A stretch of 32,000 bases of DNA from Delftia acidovorans NBRC 14950. GTDB taxonomy: Bacteria; Pseudomonadota; Gammaproteobacteria; Burkholderiales; Burkholderiaceae_C. Location of the stretch: NCBI RefSeq assembly GCF_001598795.1, contig NZ_BCZP01000005.1:240001-272000 (forward strand), written 5' to 3'. This document shows, one piece after another, positions 7,510 through 16,312 of the stretch. Within the stretch, counting starts at the first letter, position 1. Each line of letters begins with the position of its first letter. The notes under the pieces were generated by a model. It searched no databases. It was not told the DNA's origin and worked only from the letters and a program-made list of their open reading frames with translations. The position numbers were made by a program, and so were the translations under genes.

Positions 7510-8577
7510 CTACCTGAGCCGTGGCTGCACGATGATCTTCACCGCCGATTCGTTGTTGTGAATCAGCGTGTCAAAGCCCTGCGCCACCAGGTCATCGAGC
7601 TGGATGCGCTGGGTGATGAAGGGCTCGAGGTTGATCTTGCCCTCCTCGACCAGCTTGATGGTTTCCTGGTGGTCGTTGCAGTAGGCAATGGTGCCGCGCA
7701 CGTCCAGCTCCTTCATGACCACGCTGTGCACGTTGATGGTGGCCGGATGGCTCCAGATGGACACGATCACCACCACGCCCGTGGCCTTCGTCACGGCCAC
7801 CAGCGTGTCCAGCACCTTGTTCACGCTGGAGCATTCGAACGACACATCCACGCCCTTGCCGCCGGTGAGCTTCATCACCTCGGCCACCACGTCCACTTCG
7901 GAGGGGTCCAGGATGTGATCGGCCACGCCCGATTCGCGCGCCTTCTGCTTGCGCTTGGCGCTCAGTTCGGTGATGACCACCGTCAGGCCCTTGGCCTTCA
8001 GGATGGCGGACAGCAGCAGGCCGATGGGGCCTGCGCCGCCGACCAGCGCCACATCGCCCGCCTTCGCTCCGCTGCGGGTATAGGCATGGTGGCCCACGGA
8101 CAGCGGCTCGATCAGCGCGGCCTGGTCCAGTGGAATGGCATTGGAGATCGGGTGCACCCAGCGGCGCTTGACCGCAATCCGCTCGGACAGCCCGCCGCCG
8201 CGCCCGCCCAGGCCGATGAAATTCATGTCCTTGGACAGGTGGTAGTGGTCGCCCGGCCCCGTGGGCACGTCGTCGGCCACGATGTAGGGCTCCACCACGA
8301 CGTGCTGACCGACCTTGATATCGTCGACGCCCGCGCCCACGGCGTACACCACGCCGGAGAACTCGTGCCCCATGGTGATGGGTGCGGACTCGCCCGAGAT
8401 GGGATGCGGATGGCCGCAGGGCGGAATGAAGATCGGCCCTTCCATGAACTCATGCAAATCCGTGCCGCAGATACCGCACCAGGCCACCTCGATGCCCACG
8501 GTGCCGGGCTCCACCACGGGTTCGGGGATGTCTTCGATGCGGATGTCGCCCCGGTCGTAGAAACGTGCTGCTTTCAT
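7510..8577 (-). CDS. bdhA: Zn-dependent medium-chain dehydrogenase, (R,R)-2,3-butanediol dehydrogenase-like
   Basis: From ATG 8577: MKAARFYDRGDIRIEDIPEPVVEPGTVGIEVAWCGICGTDLHEFMEGPIFIP...MGHEFSG. This is near-collinear with the BdhA/BudC-type MDR butanediol dehydrogenases I remember (MKAARWH..DIRIE.I.EP...WCGICGSDLHEY..GPIFIP). The Rossmann motif GGAGPIGL is present. The track ORF extends to 8619, but the extra residues are not family-like. Confidence 0.85.
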   Translation of the reverse strand: MKAARFYDRGDIRIEDIPEPVVEPGTVGIEVAWCGICGTDLHEFMEGPIFIPPCGHPHPISGESAPITMGHEFSGVVYAVGAGVDDIKVGQHVVVEPYIVADDVPTGPGDHYHLSKDMNFIGLGGRGGGLSERIAVKRRWVHPISNAIPLDQAALIEPLSVGHHAYTRSGAKAGDVALVGGAGPIGLLLSAILKAKGLTVVITELSAKRKQKARESGVADHILDPSEVDVVAEVMKLTGGKGVDVSFECSSVNKVLDTLVAVTKATGVVVIVSIWSHPATINVHSVVMKELDVRGTIAYCNDHQETIKLVEEGKINLEPFITQRIQLDDLVAQGFDTLIHNNESAVKIIVQPRLR

Positions 8578-8645
8578 GATTGAACTTTCTGTTTGCAAGG
8601 CTGGGTTGGCGGGCGGCACAGCCGCCCCATGGCGATTATTCGGCC

Positions 8646-10448
8646 TTACCGCAGGTGATGAACTTGCTGCAGGTCATAGACACGCACTGGCAGGCCTTCC
8701 TGTCGCGCCTTGAGCTGCAGCGCCAGGTACAGCGAATAGTGGCGCGACTGGTGCAGGTTGCCGCCGTGGAACCACAGCGCCTCTTGCTGCGTGGGCTTCC
8801 ACATGTTGCGCTGCTCACCCTCCCACGGTCCCGGGTCCTTGGTGGTGTCCGAGCCCAGGCCCCAGACCTTGCCCACCTTGTCCGCCACCTCCTGGCTGAT
8901 CAGGTCGGCCACCCAGCCGTTCATGGAGCCATAGCCGGTCGCGTAGACCACCAGGTCGGCCGGCAGCTCGGTGCCATCGGCCAGCACCACCGCGTTTTCC
9001 GACAGGTGGCTGATCTGCTTGCCCGCCTGCAGCTTGATGCTGCCGTCGATCACCAGATCGCAGGCCCCCACGTCGATGTAGTAGCCCGAGGCGCGGCGCA
9101 GGTACTTCATGAAAAGGCCGGAGTCGTCATCACCGAAGTCCAGCATGAAGCCGGTCGCCTCTAGCTTGCGGTAGAAGTCCGCGTCGCGCTCGCGGATGCG
9201 GTTGTACACCGGCACCTGGAAGTCGGCCATGATGCGGTAGGGCAGCGAGGCGAAGATCAGGTCCGCCTTCCTGGTCGTCACGCCGCTGGCCACGGCGCGC
9301 TCCGAGTACAGGTCGCCCAGGCCGATGTCCATCAGCGAATCGGAGCGCACGATGTGCGTGGACGAGCGCTGCACCATGGTCACATCGGCGCCGTGCTCCC
9401 ACAGGGCCGCGCAGATGTCATGCGCTGAATTGTTGGCACCGATCACCACCACCTTCTTGCCGGCGTAGGCGTCCGGTCCATGGTGCTGGGACGAGTGCTG
9501 CTGCTCGCCCTTGAAGACGTCCTGCCCCTTGATCTTGGGCACATTCGCCTTGCCCGACATGCCGGTGGCGAACACCACATGCCTGGGACGCAGCACCTGC
9601 GTCTCGCCATTGCGCTCCACGGTGACTTCCCATTCCTGTCTGTCCTCATCGAAGCGGGCGTTCAGGCAATCGGTGGAGGGCCAGTAGTTGACCTCCATCA
9701 CCTTGGTGTACATCTCCAGCCAGTCGCCGATCTTGTCCTTGGGCGCGAACACGGGCCAGTTGTCCGGGAAAGGCATGTACGGCAGGTGGTCGTACCAGAC
9801 CGGGTCGTGCAGGCACAGCGATTTATAGCGGTTGCGCCACTGGTCGCCGGGGCGCGCCTGGCGGTCGATGACGATGTGCGATACCCCCAGCTGGCGCAGC
9901 CGCGCGCCCAGCGCAATGCCGCCCTGGCCGCCGCCGATGACGAGCACGAAAGGCTGCTTGTCACGGCCCAGCTCCTGGGCCTCCTGCTGGCGGCGCTCCA
10001 GCCAGGTCTGGCGGCCACGCCGGATGCCGTGCTCGGCCCCCATCGGGCGGCGCGTGCCCATGGGTTCTTCATGGCCCTTGAGCTCCTGGGCGGCCGTCAG
10101 CAGCGTCCAGATGCGCCCGTCCCTGATGCGGACATGGCCGCCGCCGCGCGCATGGCGCGTGTCGATCACGATCCAGGCGGACACCACGCCATCGGCCTCC
10201 TCCACCGCCTCACGCTCGTCCAGCGAAAAGCGCACGGGCGCCGCGGCGTCCAGCTGCGCAGCCAGCATGTCGGCGATCTGGCTGCGCCCTTCCATGGTCT
10301 TGATGTTCCAGGTCAGCAGCACCAGGTCGCGCCAATAGCATTCATCGGCGAACAGGCGGCTGGCGGCCGCGAAGTCGCGGTCTCCCAGGGCATGGTTGAG
10401 TTGGTCAAGCAGCGCCTTGGCGCGGGCGTTGGGCGTCGTATCGGTCAT
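8646..10448 (-). CDS. Class B flavin-containing monooxygenase (FMO/BVMO-like) with an N-terminal NTF2/SnoaL-like domain
   Basis: ATG 10448 lies 6 nt after AAGGAG. The track ORF extends to 10724, but that extension is Arg/Cys-rich junk that would cover the promoter. Motifs seen: FAD GxGxxG (VIGGGQGGIALG), fingerprint FKGEQQHSSQH (FxGxxxHxxx[W/Y/H]), second dinucleotide site VVVIGANNSAHD, and the WRNRYKSLCLHDPVWYDHLPYMPFP block. Confidence 0.85.
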   Translation of the reverse strand: MTDTTPNARAKALLDQLNHALGDRDFAAASRLFADECYWRDLVLLTWNIKTMEGRSQIADMLAAQLDAAAPVRFSLDEREAVEEADGVVSAWIVIDTRHARGGGHVRIRDGRIWTLLTAAQELKGHEEPMGTRRPMGAEHGIRRGRQTWLERRQQEAQELGRDKQPFVLVIGGGQGGIALGARLRQLGVSHIVIDRQARPGDQWRNRYKSLCLHDPVWYDHLPYMPFPDNWPVFAPKDKIGDWLEMYTKVMEVNYWPSTDCLNARFDEDRQEWEVTVERNGETQVLRPRHVVFATGMSGKANVPKIKGQDVFKGEQQHSSQHHGPDAYAGKKVVVIGANNSAHDICAALWEHGADVTMVQRSSTHIVRSDSLMDIGLGDLYSERAVASGVTTRKADLIFASLPYRIMADFQVPVYNRIRERDADFYRKLEATGFMLDFGDDDSGLFMKYLRRASGYYIDVGACDLVIDGSIKLQAGKQISHLSENAVVLADGTELPADLVVYATGYGSMNGWVADLISQEVADKVGKVWGLGSDTTKDPGPWEGEQRNMWKPTQQEALWFHGGNLHQSRHYSLYLALQLKARQEGLPVRVYDLQQVHHLR

Positions 10449-10505
10449 GGTTGTCTCCTTGATGCGGTCATGCCCGCTGGTTTTTCTTCGGGCAGGCGCT
10501 CTTAC

Positions 10506-10520
10506 GCAATCACCATGCCA
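10506..10520 (-). promoter_or_regulatory. Sigma-54 (-24/-12) promoter of the monooxygenase/dehydrogenase operon
   Basis: The minus strand reads TGGCATGGTGATTGC. This matches the consensus TGGCAC-N5-TTGC with correct GG/GC spacing. It lies about 58-72 nt upstream of ATG 10448 and is divergent from a sigma-54 enhancer-binding protein gene. Confidence 0.7.
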
Positions 10521-10622
10521 GGCAGGCCCGGCGGCAGGATGCGCCAGGCAAATCAAGGGGTTGCCTGCGCGCCTCCGGTACAAACCCTGCGCCTTGCACC
10601 CCGCTGCCCGGAGTTGCCGCCC

Positions 10623-10656
10623 GCGACAGGTGGGGCAGCCCTGCGACACCTGTCGC
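10623..10656. promoter_or_regulatory. Candidate upstream activator sequence (inverted repeat) for the AcoR-type activator
   Basis: Perfect 10-bp inverted repeat GCGACAGGTG (10623-10632) / CACCTGTCGC (10647-10656). It lies about 100-150 bp upstream of the -24/-12 element, the usual enhancer distance. Confidence 0.45.
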
Positions 10657-10768
10657 ACAAGACGTGCTGCAGCGCAGCAGGAGCAGTGGGTAAATCTCCA
10701 TTGGCGTAGCCAGGTGCGGGGCACAGAATCGTCTGCGGCACGTTCAAAGCCCGCATCGACTCAACGCC

Positions 10769-12718
10769 ATGCCCCTGCAGTCCTACGCCTCGCACATCCA
10801 GGAAATCGAAGCCTTCGGCCTGGGCTACTCCAACCGCGGCCAAGAGCGCGACCGCGCCGTGCTGCGCAGCTGGCGCCGTTGCATCGACTCCCACCGGCTT
10901 GACCCGGCGCATACCAGCGAAGCCCACATCGTGACCGACGGCCAGCTGCGCGCGCACCGCGAGGAATCCGAGCCGCTGATCCACATCGCCCGCCATGCGC
11001 TGGAGCGGCTGTACCAGCAGCTCAAGGGCCTGGACTACGTGCTGCTGCTGGCAGACCGGCACGGCGTGGCCGTGGACTTCCTCGGGCACGAGGCCGACGC
11101 TGGCGACCTGCGCCGCGCAGGCCTGTACCTGGGCGCGCAATGGCGTGAGGACCACTCGGGCACCTCGGCCGTGGGCGCCTGCCTGGAAACGGGCGAGGCG
11201 CTGACCGTGCACCAGAGCGACCATTTCGACTTCACCCACACCGGCCTGTCCTGCACGGCCGCGCCCATCTACGACATGCACGGCGAACTCGCTGCGGTGC
11301 TGGACCTGTCGCTGCTGCGCTCACCCGCCGAGCGGGCCAGCCAGAACCTGGCGCTCAACCTCGTCGTGGCCGCCGCGCGGCGCGTGGAGCAGGCCAACCT
11401 GATGGCCCAGTCCGGCCAGGACTGGGTGGTGCGCCTGGCGCAGTCGCCCGATTTCCTGGACGTCGATCCTGACGCCTCCATCAGCGTGGACGCACGGGGC
11501 CGCATCCGCGCCATGACCCACGCGGGCGCCCGCCTGCTGGTGGCCGCCGCGCAGCTGGACTGGCGCCAGCGCCACAAGCTCATCGGCCAGCCGCTGGAGC
11601 GCTTCTTCGATGTGGACCTGCGCCACCTGCCCGAGCTGCGCCGCCATCGCCCGGCGCAGGAGCGCATCATCCGCGCCCGCGACGGCAGCATCCTTTTCGC
11701 CCATGCCATGGAGCCGCAGCGTCCGACACGCCGCCTGCGCGCGCAGGCAATGCCGGCGCAGCCCCCGCTGCCGGCAGCGCTGCAGGCGCTGGACACGGGC
11801 GATGCCAAGCTGCAGACGCTGCTGCGCAAGGCCGCACGGCTCGCGCCGCAAACGCTGCCCATCCTGGTGCAGGGGGAGACCGGCGCAGGCAAGGAATACC
11901 TGGCCCGCGCGCTGCATGCCAGCAGCGGCCGCAGCGGCGCCTTCGTCGCCATCAACTGCGCGGCCATTCCCGAGGCGCTGCTGGAAAGCGAGCTGTTCGG
12001 CTACCTGCCCGGCACCTGGACCGGCGGCGCCAGCAAGGGCCGCGAGGGCCTGATCGCCGCGGCGCACGAAGGCACGCTGTTCCTCGACGAGATCGGCGAT
12101 ATGCCACTGGCCCTGCAAGCCAAGCTGCTGCGTGTCCTGTCCGAATCCGAAATCACCCCGCTGGGCGCCCGCGCGCCACGGGCGGTGTCCGTTCGCGTCA
12201 TCTCGGCCTCACACCGGCCGCTGGCCGAATTGGTGCGGCGCGGCAGCTTCCGCGAAGACCTGCTTTACCGCCTCAATGCCGCCGAGCTGCAACTGCCCGC
12301 GCTGCGCCAGCGCAGCGACCTGCAGGCGATTGCCGACCAGATGCTGGCCACGCTGGGCAGCCATCTGCACCTGGGCGACGCGGCCCGCGCGCTGCTCACC
12401 GCGCACGCCTGGCCCGGCAACCTGCGCGAGCTGCACAACGCGCTGCGCTACGCCGCAGCCCTGTGCGGGAACGATGGCGACGGCAGCATCGAACCCGACC
12501 ACCTGCCCGACGCGCTGCACGGCAACCCGCCCTGCACCGCCGCCCTGGCCAGCAACACCAGCGAGCCCGCCGCACAGGCGCTGGAGCAACTGCTTGCCCA
12601 ATGCCAGGGCAACGTCTCCGAGGCGGCGCGCCAGCTCGGCGTCAGCCGCTCCACCATCCACCGCCGCATCCAGCAGCTGCAGCTTGGCGTGCGGCATGCC
12701 CAATGGCGCGGGCCATAG
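10769..12718 (+). CDS. Sigma-54-dependent transcriptional activator, AcoR/AcxR family (GAF-like sensor, AAA+, Fis-type HTH)
   Basis: 649 aa. The N-terminal block RSWRRCIDSHRLDP...GTSAVGACLETGEALTVHQSDHF is AcoR-like. AAA+ motifs seen: Walker A GETGAGKEYLARALH, ESELFGY, LFLDEIGDM. The C-terminal HTH is NVSEAARQLGVSRSTIHRRIQQL. Confidence 0.9.
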   Translation: MPLQSYASHIQEIEAFGLGYSNRGQERDRAVLRSWRRCIDSHRLDPAHTSEAHIVTDGQLRAHREESEPLIHIARHALERLYQQLKGLDYVLLLADRHGVAVDFLGHEADAGDLRRAGLYLGAQWREDHSGTSAVGACLETGEALTVHQSDHFDFTHTGLSCTAAPIYDMHGELAAVLDLSLLRSPAERASQNLALNLVVAAARRVEQANLMAQSGQDWVVRLAQSPDFLDVDPDASISVDARGRIRAMTHAGARLLVAAAQLDWRQRHKLIGQPLERFFDVDLRHLPELRRHRPAQERIIRARDGSILFAHAMEPQRPTRRLRAQAMPAQPPLPAALQALDTGDAKLQTLLRKAARLAPQTLPILVQGETGAGKEYLARALHASSGRSGAFVAINCAAIPEALLESELFGYLPGTWTGGASKGREGLIAAAHEGTLFLDEIGDMPLALQAKLLRVLSESEITPLGARAPRAVSVRVISASHRPLAELVRRGSFREDLLYRLNAAELQLPALRQRSDLQAIADQMLATLGSHLHLGDAARALLTAHAWPGNLRELHNALRYAAALCGNDGDGSIEPDHLPDALHGNPPCTAALASNTSEPAAQALEQLLAQCQGNVSEAARQLGVSRSTIHRRIQQLQLGVRHAQWRGP

Positions 12719-12826
12719 GGCCGAGCGGCAACCGGCAATCCCGAAGCGTCGCTGACACGGTGTTACAGGAGCTACGGCGTTCACCAGTAGATTGGCGCGT
12801 TTCGTCCATTGCAGCCCCAAAAAAAG

Positions 12827-12949
12827 ATGAAACCCAAGATCAACTTCATTGAACGCGAGCGCCTGTTCCGGCGGGAACTGAAACGGCGAAAGGTCAGGTT
12901 CCTGCCCATGCAGGTATTGCGCCGGCTGTTCGAGAAGGCAGGTGTCTGA
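12827..12949 (+). CDS. Possible 40-aa highly basic small protein (hypothetical)
   Basis: The ORF from ATG to TGA encodes MKPKINFIERERLFRRELKRRKVRFLPMQVLRRLFEKAGV. It lies in a lower-GC intergenic stretch and is too short for the supplied track. I see no convincing SD (an A-run precedes the ATG) and no recognisable family. Confidence 0.2.
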   Translation: MKPKINFIERERLFRRELKRRKVRFLPMQVLRRLFEKAGV

Positions 12950-13135
12950 GCCAGACAGATCGCCGCGCCGGACATGCGCGGCACCGTTGCCTTGACCCGT
13001 GCACGGCATCACGGCAGTTCGCACGACACTAGAATCGCAACAGACCAGCGTGGGCGGGGCGCCGATTACCCAGCCCGCGCGCCCCAAGACCCCCAGGCCC
13101 CTCACGCAGGCGCACACACAAGCCAGAGGAGCTGA

Positions 13136-14281
13136 ATGCCCCATCTTGACCTTCGCTCCCTGGCCGTCATGGCGGGAATGATCGGCATGGTCATGGGTGT
13201 TGTACTCCTGGGTCTGCGCCGGACCTACCCGCCATCGATAAGAGGCATGGGCCTTTGGGGTGCGGCACCCTTGCTGTGCGCGGCCTCCACCCTCTTCTAC
13301 GGCCTGGACGGCGTGCTGCCGACCGCCCTGGTGGCTTCTGTCGGCAACGGGCTGCTGCTGGCTGGCGTCACCCTCTTCTTGCTTGGAAGCGAGCGTTCGC
13401 TGGGCCGCCCCTCTTCGGCACGCAAATGGACTGCGGTGATTGCCGGGGTCCTGGTGCTGCTGGCCCTGCTCACCCATGTCTACCCGGACTACCGCATGCG
13501 CGTGCTGATTTTCAGCGGTTGCCTGGCCACCATCGTCATCGAGCATGCACGCCTGCTGGGGCAGCATGGCAAGGGATTCGCCAGCCGCTTCACCGCCGCA
13601 GTGCTGTGGGCGCAGGCGCTGGTGCTGATCGGCCGGGCCGTTTCCACGCTTTGGCTGGATCAGGCGGATACCCACAGGTTTGCGCAGTCCACGGTCCAGA
13701 CCCTCTACATTGCCACTTTCAGCTTCTCGGTCCTGCTGGTGAGCATCGGCGCCTTGCTGATGGCCGGTGAACGGGTGCGCGCCGAGTTCGAGTACCTGGC
13801 CACTCACGACGCACTGACAGGTGCGCAGACGCGTCGATCGACACTGGCGGCCTGCTCCGACGAACTGGCCCGATGGAACCGCTATGGCAAGCCGTTTTCG
13901 CTGTTGATGCTCGACATCGACCACTTCAAGCGCATCAACGACGGACATGGGCATTTGACGGGAGACCGCGTTCTGTCCCATTTCGTCAGACTCATGCAAT
14001 CGCAACTGCGATCGGCGGACCGGCTCGGGCGTTACGGCGGGGAGGAATTCATCGTGCTGCTTCCCGAGACCGATGCCGAGGGCGCCCTTACCCTGGCAGA
14101 ACGCATGCGGGCCGCGCTGGACGCATCGCCCGCGTCCGCAGATTTGCCGCATTGCACCGTCAGCATCGGAGTGACCACCATCCAGCCCGGCGACACCACG
14201 GTCGATGAACTGATATCGCAGGCGGATGCGGCTCTGTACACCGCCAAGGCGCAGGGTCGCAACCGGGTTCATATCGGCTGA
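13136..14281 (+). CDS. Membrane-anchored diguanylate cyclase (GGDEF domain, GGEEF active site, RxxD I-site)
   Basis: ATG 13136 follows GAGGAG (13126-13131). The N-terminal half has about 6 hydrophobic helices. The C-terminal half reads ATHDALTGAQTR...LLMLDIDHFKRINDGHGHLTGD...RSADRLGRYGGEEFIVLL, with the RxxD motif five residues before GGEEF. Confidence 0.9.
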   Translation: MPHLDLRSLAVMAGMIGMVMGVVLLGLRRTYPPSIRGMGLWGAAPLLCAASTLFYGLDGVLPTALVASVGNGLLLAGVTLFLLGSERSLGRPSSARKWTAVIAGVLVLLALLTHVYPDYRMRVLIFSGCLATIVIEHARLLGQHGKGFASRFTAAVLWAQALVLIGRAVSTLWLDQADTHRFAQSTVQTLYIATFSFSVLLVSIGALLMAGERVRAEFEYLATHDALTGAQTRRSTLAACSDELARWNRYGKPFSLLMLDIDHFKRINDGHGHLTGDRVLSHFVRLMQSQLRSADRLGRYGGEEFIVLLPETDAEGALTLAERMRAALDASPASADLPHCTVSIGVTTIQPGDTTVDELISQADAALYTAKAQGRNRVHIG

Positions 14282-14285
14282 AGGC

Positions 14286-16226
14286 TCACGCCCTCACCAA
14301 CTGATGCAGCAACTGGCTCAGATCCTCCTGCGAATACGGCTTGGCCAGCCGCGTCATTCCAGGCGGCAGCGCCGGGATGTCTGCAAAGCCGCTGGCCAGG
14401 ATGAAATTCAAGCCCGGATACCGCTGCGCAATGTGTTCGGCCAGCTCGACGCCGTTCATGCCCGGCATGGCGTAGTCGGAGATGACCACGTCAAAGCGTG
14501 CCTGGCGCGCCAGCAGGTCGATGGCCTCCTGCCCGGCGCCGAGGGCCGTGACACGGTGGCCCAGGTCCTCCAGCAGGGCCGAGGCGTTGGCCAGCACCAG
14601 CGGGTCGTCGTCCACCAGCAGCACGTCCATGGGTCCCACGTCCTGCGTGCGCTGGGCGCCCAGGTGGCAGGCCGTGCTCTCGTCCTTGGAGATGGGCATC
14701 CACATCTCCACCGTGGTGCCGTTGCCCGGTGTGCTGTGCAGCACGAGCTTGCCGCCGGATTGGGCCACCAGCCCGTCCACCATGGCCAGGCCCAGGCCGG
14801 TGCCCTTGCCCACGCCCTTGGTGGTGAAGAAGGGCTCGACCACGCGGGACAGCGTCTGCTCGTCCATGCCCTCGCCGGTATCCTTCACGCGCACGCAGAC
14901 ATAAGAGCCTGCGGCAAGGCCTGCAAGCTGGCGCGGCAGCGTCGTTTCCACGGCCGCCGCGATCTTGATGACGCCGCCGCCCGGCATGGCATCGCGCGAG
15001 TTGGCGACAAGGTTGAGCATGCTGCTCTCGAACTGGCTGGGGTCGGTGAGGATGCGCGGCAGGTTGGCGGCCAGGGCCATCTTGAGAAAGATATGCGGGC
15101 CGGCCGCCTGCTGCAGCAGATCTTGCAGGCCCGACAGCAGCACCGCCACGTCCACCGCCTGCGTCTTCAATTCCTGCTGCCGCGCAAAGGCCATCATGCG
15201 CTGGGTCAGCGAGGCGCCACGCTGGGCGCCGCGCGTGGCGGTCTCCACCAGCGCGCGCAGCCGCTCGTCGGGCGGCATGCGCTTGCGCAGCAGCTCCAGG
15301 CTGCTGAGCACGGCCATCAGCAGGTTGTTGAAGTCATGGGCCACGCCGCCCGTGAAGCGGCCGATGGCCTCCATCTTCAAGGCCTGGCGCAGCTGGGATT
15401 CGGCGGCCTTGCGCTCGGTCACATCGCGGGTGACCTTGGCAAAGCCGATCAGCCGGCCGTCATCGTAGATGGCATCGATGACCACCGAGGCCCAAAAGCG
15501 CGAGCCATCCTTGCGCACGCGCAGGCCTTCGGCCTCCATGCGGCCCGTGCTGACCGCCGTGCGCAGCCCCGCCTGCGGCAGCCCGGCCTGCTGGTCTTCG
15601 GGCGTGTAAAAGCGCGAGAAATGGGTGTTGAGGACCTCCTCCTCCTCATAGCCCTTGATGCGCTTGGCGCCCAGGTTCCAGCTCACGATGCGGCCTTCTG
15701 GGTCGAGCATGTAGATCGCATAGTCGGTCACGCTTTGCACCAGCAAGGCAAAGCTGCGCTCGGCGCTGGAAAGCGGGCTGGACAGGGGCGGGGGCGCGGA
15801 CGGCGGCGCTGCAGGCGAGTGCGCATCGGCCTCGCGCACGCACAGCAGCAACGCCGGGCTGCCGTCCAGCAGCCGTATGCGCGATGTGCTCGAAGCCACG
15901 GGCCGCTCGCGCCCTGAACAGGTCAGCAGCGGCCAGCAGCTGGCCTGACGGGGCTGTGCGGCCTGGGCAGGCTCCCATTGGCGGCTTGCCCAGCCTGAAC
16001 GCGCAGCCTGGGCCACGAAACGCTCTTCGAAAACGCTGCCCTCCAGCGCATCTCCGGAGTGGTCCAGCAGGCTGCGGGCCTGGCGGTTGCAGTGGGCCAG
16101 ACGGCCGTCGAGTCCAACGACAAAGACGGCGTCGGGAAACGCATCCAGAACGGCGTGGCCCGGGTCAAGGGGCAAGAGAGCGTCGGAGCCTGGAGAGGCC
16201 GACGCCAGACCATTCGAGGTCAGCAT
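14286..16226 (-). CDS. Hybrid sensor histidine kinase/response regulator (2x PAS, HisKA, HATPase_c, REC)
   Basis: ATG 16226 has GGAG about 9 nt upstream. Motifs seen: PAS blocks (ILDAFPDAVFVV..., IYMLDPEGRIVSWN), H-box FTGGVAHDFNNLL, G-box GTGLGLAMV, and a C-terminal receiver (VLLVDDDPLV...VISDYAMPGMNG). Confidence 0.9.
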   Translation of the reverse strand: MLTSNGLASASPGSDALLPLDPGHAVLDAFPDAVFVVGLDGRLAHCNRQARSLLDHSGDALEGSVFEERFVAQAARSGWASRQWEPAQAAQPRQASCWPLLTCSGRERPVASSTSRIRLLDGSPALLLCVREADAHSPAAPPSAPPPLSSPLSSAERSFALLVQSVTDYAIYMLDPEGRIVSWNLGAKRIKGYEEEEVLNTHFSRFYTPEDQQAGLPQAGLRTAVSTGRMEAEGLRVRKDGSRFWASVVIDAIYDDGRLIGFAKVTRDVTERKAAESQLRQALKMEAIGRFTGGVAHDFNNLLMAVLSSLELLRKRMPPDERLRALVETATRGAQRGASLTQRMMAFARQQELKTQAVDVAVLLSGLQDLLQQAAGPHIFLKMALAANLPRILTDPSQFESSMLNLVANSRDAMPGGGVIKIAAAVETTLPRQLAGLAAGSYVCVRVKDTGEGMDEQTLSRVVEPFFTTKGVGKGTGLGLAMVDGLVAQSGGKLVLHSTPGNGTTVEMWMPISKDESTACHLGAQRTQDVGPMDVLLVDDDPLVLANASALLEDLGHRVTALGAGQEAIDLLARQARFDVVISDYAMPGMNGVELAEHIAQRYPGLNFILASGFADIPALPPGMTRLAKPYSQEDLSQLLHQLVRA

Positions 16227-16312
16227 GTGAGCGACTCCGTAGGCAAATGGGTTGAATGCGCCGCGAAAATTGTAAGCAGCACGGATTCATCGCAAGCGGT
16301 TGCATCACAGGA

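Noticed and set aside
8611-8627. Hairpin GGGCGGC-aca-GCCGCCC between the monooxygenase and dehydrogenase genes as an internal terminator
   Set aside because: No U-run follows it on the transcribed (minus) strand. It is more likely an intercistronic stabilising stem or a coincidence, and it is not annotated as a terminator.
10449-10724. N-terminal extension of the monooxygenase ORF (track start 10724), and similar extensions for the TonB receptor (to 19674), the MFS gene (from 21704), the LysR gene (to 22371) and the dehydrogenase (to 8619)
   Set aside because: The internal ATGs have SD sequences and give family-typical N-termini. The extensions are Arg/Cys-rich and would cover promoters (the sigma-54 element) or neighbouring genes.
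12209-14272. 687-aa minus-strand ORF spanning the activator 3' end, the intergenic gap and the GGDEF gene
   Set aside because: It overlaps two well-supported plus-strand genes. Its composition is Gly/Arg/Ala/Gln-biased and without domains, and it even crosses a low-GC intergenic region. It is a shadow ORF.
14226-15917. 563-aa plus-strand ORF opposite the hybrid histidine kinase
   Set aside because: It is antisense to a gene with clear H-box, G-box and REC motifs. Its composition is low-complexity and Arg/Ala/Gly/His-rich.
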